From positions 23,871-55,870 of the forward strand of contig CAYULH010000014.1 of assembly GCA_964445645.1 (NCBI GenBank): a stretch of 32,000 nt of DNA, written 5' to 3'. Source of the DNA: an uncultured Aureispira sp. Lineage in GTDB: Bacteria; Bacteroidota; Bacteroidia; Chitinophagales; Saprospiraceae. The first letter of the stretch is position 1; each line of letters starts with the position of its first letter. Shown one piece after another: positions 1-8,834 of the stretch. A program made the translations under genes and the position numbers. The notes under the pieces were generated by a model. The model saw only the letters and a program-made list of their open reading frames with translations. It did not search any database and was not told the DNA's origin.

Positions 1-1375
1 AACGTCCCTTGCTATTATAAAGACGCTTGCACATTTTGTCAATAGCTATTGTAGACAACACTGTTTGAATAAAACCCTCAATCAAATCATCCAAGCCCAA
101 GCCCAATTTGTTAAAATCCCTTCTATCCATCAGCATCAAACGATTGGTATCGCTCGACCACTCATTATCCCCTTCTTTGATAGACAAGTTTGTACCCAGC
201 ATATCCCAAGAGCTGCTTCCATCGGTCAAATAATCGGCCAAGGGTTTGGCAGCTCTACGCGAATACACACACAAGGGTTTAATGCCCTGCGCTGTACTGC
301 TCACCATCATACGAACATCGGTAACAAAGGTTTCTCCTTTTTGGTTCGGAATGGTGCCTACGTGATAAAATTTTCCCTCGGTACTGACAGAACTCCAATT
401 ATAATTCCCAATCAAACTCTGCACAATAAAACGGCTATATTCAAATTCGATTTCCATAAAGTCCTCCAATTCCTGCTCATTCGTAATCGTAAAAACCCCT
501 TGCCCTGCATTGCTATACGGAATCTTAATCACCGCCTGTCCACCCATTTTGGCTACCCACAATGGAATTTCGGTCTTGGCAACATCCCAGATGGTTTCTG
601 GAATATTGATTTTGAGGCCCGAGCCGTCTAACTCCGCATTGTACAAATCATACGCCTTGGCAGCCACCATTTTGTTGCGACCACCTGCCAAGCAAGCCAC
701 AATAGGATTGAGCACTTTGGTTTTGGAATGCAGTGAAATACGTGTCCAAGGACGTTGGGTAACATAGCGAAATACCGCCCTCAAAGGCTGCCATGCTCCA
801 TCCTCTGCAAGGCGACAATACAATTGGTCATTTTCTATCTTAATATGTTTGTTATCTTGGTTGTGATAATAAGGAATCAACAAACAATCCTCGCCCATCA
901 CATCAGCAATAACATGAGCATAACCCGACGCTTCCATGTGATTTTTGTCGTACAACACGCCCAATTTGCCAGATACCTTTCGCCCTCTTTTTAGATAAGG
1001 CTTAAATGTTCGTTCTATCAACAAACGATACGAGCCATCCTCTTGATTATCATCCAACAAAGGCATTGATTTTTGTCCCGAAGGGCTAGAGTTATTTTCA
1101 ATCACGACCATTCGGCGAAAGCCCTCTGAAGAAGTGGCGTTGATTAAATCTGTGCCACACCACAAAAAATGGCTACACTGATAATCCAATATTTTTTTTA
1201 GGGTATCGGGGTTTACTTTGGGATTTAAGTGACAATAACGATTGACCATACGATCCTTGCTCAAATTGAGAAAAAAATTGACCATAGGGTGAATAGTGGC
1301 ATTTAGTGCCTTGGGATACCAGTGATTTGCTCCTTCAAAAGTTCCCGGTTGAATAGTTTTAATAGTGGTGTACAT
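1..1375 (-). CDS. ATP-grasp-like ligase family protein (3' end beyond left window edge)
   Basis: Absent from the ORF track because it is open at the edge. The reverse-complement frame from ATG (comp. 1375..1373) stays open for 458 codons: MYTTIKTIQPGTFEGANHWYPKALN...KMCKRLYNSKGR. It contains an ATP-grasp-like glycine-rich segment 'MGGQAVIKIPYSNAGQGVFTITNEQELEDF' and 'RFIVQSLIG'. The listed plus-strand ORFs 65..994 read as low-complexity antisense shadows. Confidence 0.6.
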   Translation of the reverse strand, partial: MYTTIKTIQPGTFEGANHWYPKALNATIHPMVNFFLNLSKDRMVNRYCHLNPKVNPDTLKKILDYQCSHFLWCGTDLINATSSEGFRRMVVIENNSSPSGQKSMPLLDDNQEDGSYRLLIERTFKPYLKRGRKVSGKLGVLYDKNHMEASGYAHVIADVMGEDCLLIPYYHNQDNKHIKIENDQLYCRLAEDGAWQPLRAVFRYVTQRPWTRISLHSKTKVLNPIVACLAGGRNKMVAAKAYDLYNAELDGSGLKINIPETIWDVAKTEIPLWVAKMGGQAVIKIPYSNAGQGVFTITNEQELEDFMEIEFEYSRFIVQSLIGNYNWSSVSTEGKFYHVGTIPNQKGETFVTDVRMMVSSTAQGIKPLCVYSRRAAKPLADYLTDGSSSWDMLGTNLSIKEGDNEWSSDTNRLMLMDRRDFNKLGLGLDDLIEGFIQTVLSTIAIDKMCKRLYNSKGR

Positions 1376-1422
1376 AGTATATTTTAAATAATAATATTAT
1401 AAACTTCTGGACAATGAATATT

Positions 1423-2271
1423 TTAAGTTCTAACCTGCTTAATGATTTGAACAACACGGCGTATAACTTTTTTCCGAATTTCTTGTTCCATAACTCGATC
1501 AGGTATATTTAGAATATATTGAAACTTAAAAACTACGGCATCTTTTTGAATAGAAACCGCCTTGAGGTGGTAAGAGTCTTCCTTAATATTATCCTTGTAG
1601 TCGGTTAGAGAATTAATTAAATCCTGTTCCAATTCACTTACTGTTTGTATGGCACTTAGGCTAATCTCAAACTCAATACTTGTTTTCTTAATGATACGTT
1701 TGGTATAATTAATTACCTCCGAAGCATAGACCGTACTATTGGGCAGGGTAACAACATCATCATCATCGGTCAGCAAACTAAACATACTAATCGATATATC
1801 CAATACCCTTCCTTTGTTGTTGCCCACCTTCACATGATCGCCCACTGCAATATTATTAGAAAAGGTAATCAACATACCTCCAATCAAATTAGAAATATAA
1901 TCCTTGGATATGATAGCAATAGCGGCTGCAATAATACTTAAGGAAGCAAAAAATTCCCGTACATCTACCCTAAACAATCCGAGTACACCCAGCAAAGCAA
2001 CAACAACTATCAGTAGGATATAAATATTATTAATTCCTACTATAATATTGTCCGTTTGGTGGAGAGCTAATGCTTTGCGCTTGCGGTACCAAAACACCAA
2101 TAATTCTCTTGCCAATGCCAATAACACTACAAAATAAAAGAAACCTAAAACATGATCCAACAAATATAAACCTTTGTCTTTCAATCCCAAGGGAGCCGAC
2201 CAAATATCAATGTTGTAACGCATTAGCACCAAAACAATGATGGCAACTACCTTGATAATTATACTTTGCAT
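1423..2271 (-). CDS. mechanosensitive ion channel (MscS family) protein
   Basis: 282 aa with N-terminal TM helices followed by the MscS beta-domain signature 'LIGGMLITFSNNIAVGDHVKVGNNKGRVLDISISMFSLLTDDDDVVTLPNSTV'. Confidence 0.8.
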   Translation of the reverse strand: MQSIIIKVVAIIVLVLMRYNIDIWSAPLGLKDKGLYLLDHVLGFFYFVVLLALARELLVFWYRKRKALALHQTDNIIVGINNIYILLIVVVALLGVLGLFRVDVREFFASLSIIAAAIAIISKDYISNLIGGMLITFSNNIAVGDHVKVGNNKGRVLDISISMFSLLTDDDDVVTLPNSTVYASEVINYTKRIIKKTSIEFEISLSAIQTVSELEQDLINSLTDYKDNIKEDSYHLKAVSIQKDAVVFKFQYILNIPDRVMEQEIRKKVIRRVVQIIKQVRT

Positions 2272-2530
2272 AGTAAATGTTTTTTTTACTCCGTACTAAT
2301 CTGTGATAAACAAAATTCATCCAGCTTAGATTTCTTCAACTAAAATAGACTTTATTCTATAACGCTTAATCTTTATGCTGGTTTTTTATTCCATCCTAGC
2401 ATTTTTTTAACTTTGACTTTACCACCACCACAATCCAAGCACGTATACATTTTTGAGGGATTCTTTTTGTTACCGTATGCGTAAGTTGTACTTTGCAAAA
2501 AATATTAGCCGTTACAAAATTACAGATCAC

Positions 2531-3262
2531 ATGTCTACATGGTTTGCCACTTGGTTTGACTCCTCCTATTACCACTTATTGTACCAACACAGAGACGATA
2601 CAGAAGCACAATTTTTCATGGATCAATTGGTCAATTATTTGGCCCCAGCACCCCACAGTCGGCTATTGGATTTGGCTTGTGGCAAGGGCCGCCACTCCAT
2701 TTACCTCGCCCAAAAAGGCTATGATGTAGTAGGCGTAGATTTATCGCCCGAAAGTATTGCCCATGCCCAACAATTTGAGCACGAGCGCCTGCATTTTGCC
2801 ACACACGATATGCGCCAAAACTTGGACTTGCCGCCCTTTGATTATGTGTTCAATCTCTTCACCAGTTTTGGATATTTCCCAACAGAAGCCGAGCATATCC
2901 AAACCCTACAGGCCATGCGCCAAAGCCTAAAAGATAACAACAGCCGTTTGGTTATTGATTTTTTTAATGCGCCACAAGTGATTGCCAATTTGGTATTGCA
3001 AGAAGAAAAAACCTTATCGGGCATTACCTTTCGCCTTCAACGGTATGTAGAAAATGGCTACATCATCAAGGATATTCGTTTTGCCGATCAAGGGCAGGAA
3101 TTCCATTTCCAAGAACGGGTTCGAGCCTTCAATTTGGCCGATTTTGAGCGGCTGCTGCCACAAGCCAATTTGCGCTTGGTCGAAACCTTTGGCAGTTACG
3201 ATTTGCAAGCTTATGATTCGGCTACTTCTCCTCGTCTTATTATTGTGGCCGAACAATGCTAG
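2531..3262 (+). CDS. class I SAM-dependent methyltransferase
   Basis: SAM-binding motif I 'LLDLACGKGRHSIYLAQKGYDVVGVDLS'. The ATG at 2531 (MSTWFATWFDSSYYH...) is preferred over the upstream alternative start at 2453 used by the track. Confidence 0.8.
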   Translation: MSTWFATWFDSSYYHLLYQHRDDTEAQFFMDQLVNYLAPAPHSRLLDLACGKGRHSIYLAQKGYDVVGVDLSPESIAHAQQFEHERLHFATHDMRQNLDLPPFDYVFNLFTSFGYFPTEAEHIQTLQAMRQSLKDNNSRLVIDFFNAPQVIANLVLQEEKTLSGITFRLQRYVENGYIIKDIRFADQGQEFHFQERVRAFNLADFERLLPQANLRLVETFGSYDLQAYDSATSPRLIIVAEQC

Positions 3263-3840
3263 AATCCTTATTGGCTATAGATCATGCTTTATTTGCCTTG
3301 CTCAACCAAGAATGGTGTCATCCTTGGTTGGATGCACTTATGCCCATCTGGCGCACCAAAACCACTTGGATTCCCTTGTATATCCTTTTGCTTTTGGTCT
3401 TTGTTAGAACCTACAAATGGAACACCCTCTGGATTTTGCTGCTTATTGGGGCCAGTATTGCACTCGCTGACCAGACCAGTAGTATTTGGATCAAACATAG
3501 TGTAGAGCGTTTGCGCCCTTGTAGAGAGCCTCTAATTATGGATCAAGTAAGAATATTAGTGCATTGCGGCACGGGCTTTAGTTTTACTTCGTCTCATGCT
3601 TGCAATCATTTTGCCTTGGTGATGCAGTTATTTTTGCTCTTCCGCCAACAGTGGAAAGCTATTTATTGGTGGGCATGGTTTGCTTGGGCAAGCTTGGTTG
3701 CTTATGGACAAGTGTATGTGGGTGTGCATTATCCATTGGATGTATTGGCTGGGGCTTTGGTAGGTATGGCTTTGGCAATGCTCGTCTACAGCATAGGAAA
3801 AAGGCTAAACATTGTTGCCAAGCTCAACCTACCCATCTAA
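3256..3840 (+). CDS. PAP2-family phosphatase (membrane)
   Basis: The three PAP2 motifs are present: 'KHSVERLRPC', 'SFTSSH' and 'YVGVHYPLDVLAG'. It has multiple TM helices. The start overlaps the upstream stop (ATGCTAG), suggesting an operon. Confidence 0.8.
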   Translation: MLESLLAIDHALFALLNQEWCHPWLDALMPIWRTKTTWIPLYILLLLVFVRTYKWNTLWILLLIGASIALADQTSSIWIKHSVERLRPCREPLIMDQVRILVHCGTGFSFTSSHACNHFALVMQLFLLFRQQWKAIYWWAWFAWASLVAYGQVYVGVHYPLDVLAGALVGMALAMLVYSIGKRLNIVAKLNLPI

Positions 3841-3851
3841 ACAAAAAAACA

Positions 3852-3883
3852 GGGACTCTTGCCTAGGCAAGAGTCCCCTTTTT
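3852..3883 (+). terminator. rho-independent terminator after the PAP2 gene
   Basis: GGGACTCTTGCC / GGCAAGAGTCCC perfect stem followed by CTTTTT. Confidence 0.8.
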
Positions 3884-4130
3884 CAAAGTATGTGTGTATA
3901 GATACTCAGAAATTTTTAACGAGTATATGTATGTGTAATACTATGAGTATATTATGCTTAAATCAAGTAATATTATCTTCAATACCTTAATAATAGTGCC
4001 TTCTTCTAAAATGTTACTGCACAAAAACGCCATAAATTTATATTGGCAATTTAAAATACCTACTGTCCAGATTCTGACGTATAGTTAGTGTTATTCTCCA
4101 TATTCCTTGGCACATTTCAATACAACATAC

Positions 4131-4138
4131 TATCTTTG
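4131..4138 (+). promoter_or_regulatory. Bacteroidetes-type -7 box (TATCTTTG = TAnnTTTG)
   Basis: Exact match to the TAnnTTTG consensus, 37 nt upstream of the ATG at 4175. It lies inside the track's longer ORF version, which argues for the shorter start. Confidence 0.45.
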
Positions 4139-4174
4139 GTCAACTTATTTTTTCCGTCTTTACTTAGTTCAACT

Positions 4175-4705
4175 ATGCAATTTTCCTTCAAAATACTACT
4201 CCTATTTGTTTTTATTATATTGCTAATAGTTGGTGTGGGCTTTGGCGCACGCTGGTACAAAGCATTAACAGCGTCTAGCTACCAAGATTTACTATCTGCC
4301 CTTTATGAAGATTCTGTTCCTAGATTGCAGGTACATGAAATAAATACCTTGGAGGATTTTGTCATTTTAGATACTCGATTGCCCAGTGAATATCAAGTGA
4401 GTCATCTCAAAGGCGCACAATTGGTCAATTATCAAGCCCCCGACTGGACAGTGATAGAAAACATAGACAAAGAGCAAAAAATCTTAATTTATTGTTCTGT
4501 AGGTTATAGAAGTGAACGGATTGGCGAGGAATTATTGGAACGTGGTTTTAAGCAAGTCTATAATTTGCATGGGGGTATTTTTGAATGGGTCAATGAGGGG
4601 CAAACAGTAGTGAATAAACAAGGGCAAGCTGTTCAAACAATACACGGTTATGGGCCACGCTGGGGCAAGTGGGTCACTGCACCTGTTGAGGTGGTTTATG
4701 ACTGA
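4175..4705 (+). CDS. rhodanese-like sulfurtransferase domain protein with N-terminal membrane anchor
   Basis: An N-terminal TM helix (ILLLFVFIILLIVGVGF) is followed by a rhodanese fold with the active-site loop 'YCSVGYRSERIG' (CxxxxR). The start is placed at the ATG after the promoter box. Confidence 0.8.
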   Translation: MQFSFKILLLFVFIILLIVGVGFGARWYKALTASSYQDLLSALYEDSVPRLQVHEINTLEDFVILDTRLPSEYQVSHLKGAQLVNYQAPDWTVIENIDKEQKILIYCSVGYRSERIGEELLERGFKQVYNLHGGIFEWVNEGQTVVNKQGQAVQTIHGYGPRWGKWVTAPVEVVYD

Positions 4706-4855
4706 TTTTTGCGGCTGCTTTTTTTGCAAAAAAAGCTCAATTAATTTGATCGCAGAGGAACTTTTGGGGAGAAAAAAAGGTTATAATAAAGATAGCTTAA
4801 AACAACTACAAGCTACTGTATTTTAGTCAATTACATCCACCCAAACATCTTATTT

Positions 4856-5068
4856 ATGCTTAGAAACTCCATCATCTCCACCAGCATTGCTAGTCTTGGC
4901 TATGAACCCAAGCAATCCACCTTAGAAATTGAATTTTTGGAAGGTGCTGTTTATCAATACCACAATATTCCCACCGCTGTCTACTTGAGCTTTGTAAACG
5001 CCAAATCTCGTGGCCGTTTCTTTAACGACCACATCAAGCCTCATTACAAATACAACCGAGCCTGCTAA
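4856..5068 (+). CDS. KTSC domain-containing protein
   Basis: 70 aa; 'LEIEFLEGAVYQYHNIPTAVYLSFVNAKSRGRFFNDHIK' matches the KTSC (Lys-tRNA synthetase C-terminal-like) domain pattern. Confidence 0.7.
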   Translation: MLRNSIISTSIASLGYEPKQSTLEIEFLEGAVYQYHNIPTAVYLSFVNAKSRGRFFNDHIKPHYKYNRAC

Positions 5069-5076
5069 GTTATTTT

Positions 5077-5304
5077 CTATTCCGTAGACTTCTTATTAAA
5101 AATATCCAATAACTTTAGGCCATTCTTGAGCTCCTGCTCAATATCCTCCAACTCTACTACAGCTCCCATAGCTGCCATATTCATAATGTAATGTTTCATC
5201 GAGTGCTTTAAGGCATCTTCCAACAAGGAGATGGCAGCACTGTTGGGATTTTCTTTTTTGAGTACTTTGAGCGCAGCTATGATAGCTTTGGTAGTTGGTT
5301 GCAT
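5077..5304 (-). CDS. hypothetical small helical protein
   Basis: 75-aa ORF convergent with the KTSC gene. Its composition is protein-like, but no family was recognised. Confidence 0.4.
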   Translation of the reverse strand: MQPTTKAIIAALKVLKKENPNSAAISLLEDALKHSMKHYIMNMAAMGAVVELEDIEQELKNGLKLLDIFNKKSTE

Positions 5305-5410
5305 TTGCTTTATTTATAGTTTTACAATCATTATTAGCAATAAAGCTCCAAATTACTATTATTTATCGAACTTTGCTTCATTTATTGTGAATTTTTAATC
5401 AAAAATTGTC

Positions 5411-6019
5411 ATGCCCTCTACTACCTGCATCCTTATACTTTGTAAAAATCCCATTCTAGGAAAAGCCAAAACACGCCTAGCAAAGAGCATTGGGCAAAAA
5501 AAAGCATTGGAAATTTATCATTTTTTGTTGGAACATACCGCCCAAATAGTTGCAGAAGTAGCTTGTGACAAACGTATTTTTTATTCCGATTCTATATTAA
5601 CAGAGGATGCCTTTCAGGGTGATAATTATTACAAAAAACTACAAGCAAAGGGCGATTTGGGCAATCGTATGAAAGTGGCTTTTGAGAATGCTTTTGCAGC
5701 CGGCTACCAACGTGCTGTCATCATAGGAAGTGATTGTTACGAATTGTCTAGCCCTATCCTCAACGATGCCTTAGCAGCTTTAGAAAACAGTGAGACGGTC
5801 TTTGGTCCAGCCAAAGATGGCGGCTATTATCTCATGGGAATGCGCCAATTGATTCCAGCCGTTTTTGAGAATCAACCTTGGAGCCAAGCCAATCTATTGT
5901 CCAATACCCTCCAAACCCTTAACCAATTGGGCCACAGCCACCAATTGCTGCCTACATTGAGCGATGTGGATTATTTGGAAGACTTGCCAATGCACATAAG
6001 AGAGCAATTTGGGATTTAG
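5411..6019 (+). CDS. DUF2064 / TIGR04282-type glycosyltransferase-like protein
   Basis: 'ILILCKNPILGKAKTRLAKSIG', 'IGSDCYELS' and 'DGGYYLMG' are the characteristic DUF2064 motifs. Confidence 0.7.
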   Translation: MPSTTCILILCKNPILGKAKTRLAKSIGQKKALEIYHFLLEHTAQIVAEVACDKRIFYSDSILTEDAFQGDNYYKKLQAKGDLGNRMKVAFENAFAAGYQRAVIIGSDCYELSSPILNDALAALENSETVFGPAKDGGYYLMGMRQLIPAVFENQPWSQANLLSNTLQTLNQLGHSHQLLPTLSDVDYLEDLPMHIREQFGI

Positions 6020-6170
6020 ATACCCAGCATTTTTCCATTCCAATATCACCCTATTCCCAACAAAAGATAGTTTAATTTTGAGGACAGAGCAGAATAATTT
6101 CTTTACTTTTAAGATCTTGCCTACAATAATACTTCGTGGATTTTTTATTTTTTTACACTCGCAAAGCGAT

Positions 6171-6204
6171 CTGACTTAGTTTGTACAGTGTACAGACTAA
6201 TCAG
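6171..6204. repeat. 34-bp near-perfect palindrome (core TGTACAGTGTACA)
   Basis: CTGA(C)TTAGTTTGTACA-G-TGTACAGACTAATCAG, with one wobble pair and one bulge. It is centred at 6188 in the intergenic region upstream of the peptidase gene. Confidence 0.7.
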
Positions 6205-6222
6205 TAAGCTAAAAAATCATCT

Positions 6223-6296
6223 TGTATCTATTTGATTATCATCGTTTTATGACCTTAGCTTGTTTTTCTGTAATAATCTGATAATCAAATAGATAC
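6223..6296. repeat. perfect 18-bp inverted repeat separated by 38 nt
   Basis: GTATCTATTTGATTATCA (6223..6240) and TGATAATCAAATAGATAC (6279..6296) are exact reverse complements. Confidence 0.8.
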
Positions 6297-6354
6297 GATT
6301 TCCAACGAAGTAAGGTTACAACAGAAAATTAATTAAACTAATACCAACAAAAAG

Positions 6355-7911
6355 ATGGCTATCAGATTTCGCCCAGACGAACAACCCAACAACAATCCAA
6401 ATCGAGGTGGCGGCAGACGCGGCAATGGCAACAATGGCAGGCTTATTATGGCCCTCCTGCTCTTCGTTTTTCGCTACCCCAAAATAGGTATTCCGCTGCT
6501 TATTATAGCTGGAGTAGTTTACGTCTTTATGGGCGATGGTCTCCAAAACACCCCTCCCCCCAACCAAGAACAACGTTATTCTATGGGGGGCAATATTGAC
6601 CAAGAACGTTACAAAGAATACAAGGTTTTTGCGGCACTCTCTTCCTCTAGCCCCAAGTACAAGCTCCCCAAAAGGGCTTCACTCAGGCGTTTTGCACCTA
6701 CGCCACGCAATCAAGGACAACAAGGCTCTTGTGTTGGTTGGGCCAGTTCTTATGCCGCCCGAACAATTCTCGAAGCCGTACGCACCGGCAGCAATCCCAA
6801 TCAGTTGGCTTACAGCCCTTCTTTTTTGTACAATCAAATTGGCGTGCCCAATTGCCAAGGTGCATTTACAGGAGAGGCATTAGAACACATGAAAAATAAG
6901 GGACTAATCGAGTTTTCCAAATTTCCCTATGACCCCAATAGCTGCAACCACAAACCCAACTCACAAGAATTGCGTGAAGCGATGAACCACCGCATCAAAG
7001 GCTACAATCGCCTCACCAAAACAGGCCGCAATTACGATGTAGACCTAGAAGCCGTCAAACAAAATATAGCGCAAGGTGCGCCCGTGATTATTGCCGCCAA
7101 AGTCCCCTACTCCTTTCAGAATATGATTGGCAAAAAACTTTGGCAACCTACCAGTGCCGAACGCCGACAAGTCGATCGGCTAGGCGGTCATGCTATGTGT
7201 CTAATTGGTTATGATGATACTAAACAATTATTTGAAATTCAGAATAGTTGGGGAACCGAATGGGGCGATAATGGCTTTGTGTATGTCAAATACAACGATT
7301 TTAAGATTTTTTGTAGAGAGGCTTATGGTATTTTTCCTGAACAAAAAGCAAGCACCAAAGCCGCCACAGAAATTGCCATTGAATGTGGCATTTACAGCCC
7401 CAACCGCAAAACGGGCTTCAACTTGCGTCGAATCAAGGGCAATCTTTTTGAAACCACTAGCCCTATCAAAAAAGGCACTCCTTTCAAAGTCGAAATCACC
7501 AATTCATTAGAGTGCTTTACCTATGTATTTAGCAAGGAAGTAGACCAAGGCAATCGCCAAGGAGCAGCCATTAAGGTTTTTCCGCCGTCCAATCAATATT
7601 CACCTTATTTGGGGATTGTGGGCACACGCCTATTTCCAAGAGAAGGGGTTTTGGAAGCCGACCAAGCAGGCAATCGGGATTATATGGCTATTGTTTATTC
7701 CAAAAAAGAACTCAATCCCGACCAAATTCGCCAACGCATAGACCAAGCTGGACGTGGCAATTTTTATGATAATGTCATGGCTGCTCTAGGCAAACGTGCC
7801 TTTAGCAATTTAAATTACACCAAAACATCGGGCAACAGCATTGCTTTTAAACAACGCATCAGTTCCAATCAAGATATTGCAGTAGTCGTTATTGCTATGG
7901 ACAAAAGATAA
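6355..7911 (+). CDS. membrane-anchored papain-family (C1) cysteine peptidase with extra C-terminal domain
   Basis: The catalytic triad context is present: 'QGQQGSCVGWASSYA' (Gln/Cys), 'GGHAMCLIGYDD' (His) and 'IQNSWGTEWGDNGFVYV' (Asn/Trp). The N-terminus has an Arg/Gly/Asn-rich tail followed by a TM helix. A C-terminal region of about 190 aa (FKVEITNSLECFTYVFSKEVD...AIVYSK) resembles DUF4384-type beta domains; that assignment is tentative. Confidence 0.85.
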   Translation: MAIRFRPDEQPNNNPNRGGGRRGNGNNGRLIMALLLFVFRYPKIGIPLLIIAGVVYVFMGDGLQNTPPPNQEQRYSMGGNIDQERYKEYKVFAALSSSSPKYKLPKRASLRRFAPTPRNQGQQGSCVGWASSYAARTILEAVRTGSNPNQLAYSPSFLYNQIGVPNCQGAFTGEALEHMKNKGLIEFSKFPYDPNSCNHKPNSQELREAMNHRIKGYNRLTKTGRNYDVDLEAVKQNIAQGAPVIIAAKVPYSFQNMIGKKLWQPTSAERRQVDRLGGHAMCLIGYDDTKQLFEIQNSWGTEWGDNGFVYVKYNDFKIFCREAYGIFPEQKASTKAATEIAIECGIYSPNRKTGFNLRRIKGNLFETTSPIKKGTPFKVEITNSLECFTYVFSKEVDQGNRQGAAIKVFPPSNQYSPYLGIVGTRLFPREGVLEADQAGNRDYMAIVYSKKELNPDQIRQRIDQAGRGNFYDNVMAALGKRAFSNLNYTKTSGNSIAFKQRISSNQDIAVVVIAMDKR

Positions 7912-7939
7912 CACAAGTACGATATACAATAGACACAGC

Positions 7940-7981
7940 AGCACTGTTTTAGGAATAATAATTCTTAGAATGGTGCTTTTT
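7940..7981 (+). terminator. probable terminator after the peptidase gene
   Basis: AGCACTGTTTTAGG / CTTAGAATGGTGCT stem with several G-U pairs, followed by TTTTT. Confidence 0.45.
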
Positions 7982-8142
7982 GATTTAAAACAAGAAACAC
8001 AATAGATTTTTGTTAAAAACCGTTAAGAATAAAAGATAAAAATTAGAATTTTGGCATTTTTTTAGTTGCAGAATTAATAATTCAATATCAAATTTCCATT
8101 CTTAATTATCACTATTCTCTAACACTCTACAACTGCTGCATA

Positions 8143-8757
8143 ATGGCTTACAACTCTACGCTCAAACTTACTATTCTGATTGGTTTAATTTTCTCCTTAC
8201 TAGGTACCAACAGCCACGCTCAAGCGTGGAAATTAGCCAAAAGTAAAAATGGCGTAACGGTAGAAACTCGCTTTATCAAGGGGTGGAGCATCAAACAATA
8301 CCGAGCAACCGTTTACATCAAAACTACCCTAGAGGAAGCGGTAGAAACCTATCGAAATCCAGCAAAACGCAAAAGCTTTATGGCGAGAAGTTTAGTTGTA
8401 GAAAACCTAAAAGTAAATTCTAAAAACGACATTATCACTTACAATGTCGTCAAAGCACCTTGGCCCGTTACCAATAGAGATAACATCACCCACTCTATTT
8501 TCACCTATTCGCCCAACAAAGTATACGTAAAAATGAAATCCATCCCCGACTATATTCCCAAAAAGGAAGAGTTTGTACGCATCCCTAGATCCGAAGGCTT
8601 TTGGATATTTGAAGACCAAGGCAATGGCACGATTAAGGTAGTGCAACAATCGGTTGCTGATTTGGGGGGCAGTGTGCCAGACTGGGCCGTTAATTCCTCT
8701 ATTGTAGAAGGGCCTTATGATGTATTATTGGCACTCAAAAATGTGCTGGAGCAATAA
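8143..8757 (+). CDS. secreted START/SRPBCC-like lipid-binding domain protein
   Basis: A signal peptide (…GTNSHAQA) is followed by START-like features: 'WKLAKSKNGVTVETR', 'APWPVTNRD' and 'DLGGSVPDWAVN'. Confidence 0.6.
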   Translation: MAYNSTLKLTILIGLIFSLLGTNSHAQAWKLAKSKNGVTVETRFIKGWSIKQYRATVYIKTTLEEAVETYRNPAKRKSFMARSLVVENLKVNSKNDIITYNVVKAPWPVTNRDNITHSIFTYSPNKVYVKMKSIPDYIPKKEEFVRIPRSEGFWIFEDQGNGTIKVVQQSVADLGGSVPDWAVNSSIVEGPYDVLLALKNVLEQ

Positions 8758-8781
8758 TTTATACAAGCACCACAAAAGACT

Positions 8782-8813
8782 AGAAGCCATTCCAAATGAA
8801 GGGAATGGCTTCT
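8782..8813. terminator. bidirectional terminator hairpin between convergent genes
   Basis: AGAAGCCATTCC-N8-GGAATGGCTTCT perfect 12-bp stem. It is followed by ATTTTATT on the plus strand and a T-rich tract on the minus strand. Confidence 0.7.
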
Positions 8814-8834
8814 ATTTTATTATACTAACGGCTA

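Noticed and set aside
65-994. Plus-strand ORFs 65..631, 510..767 and 755..994 from the track
   Set aside because: They are antisense to a much longer, protein-like minus-strand frame (1..1375). Their translations are low-complexity and Ile/His/Gln-rich with no recognisable motifs.
4717-4736. GCTTTTTTTGCAAAAAAAGC palindrome after the rhodanese gene as a terminator
   Set aside because: The stem is almost pure A/T with a 2-nt centre and would be very unstable. It may act as a weak bidirectional stop, but the evidence is insufficient.
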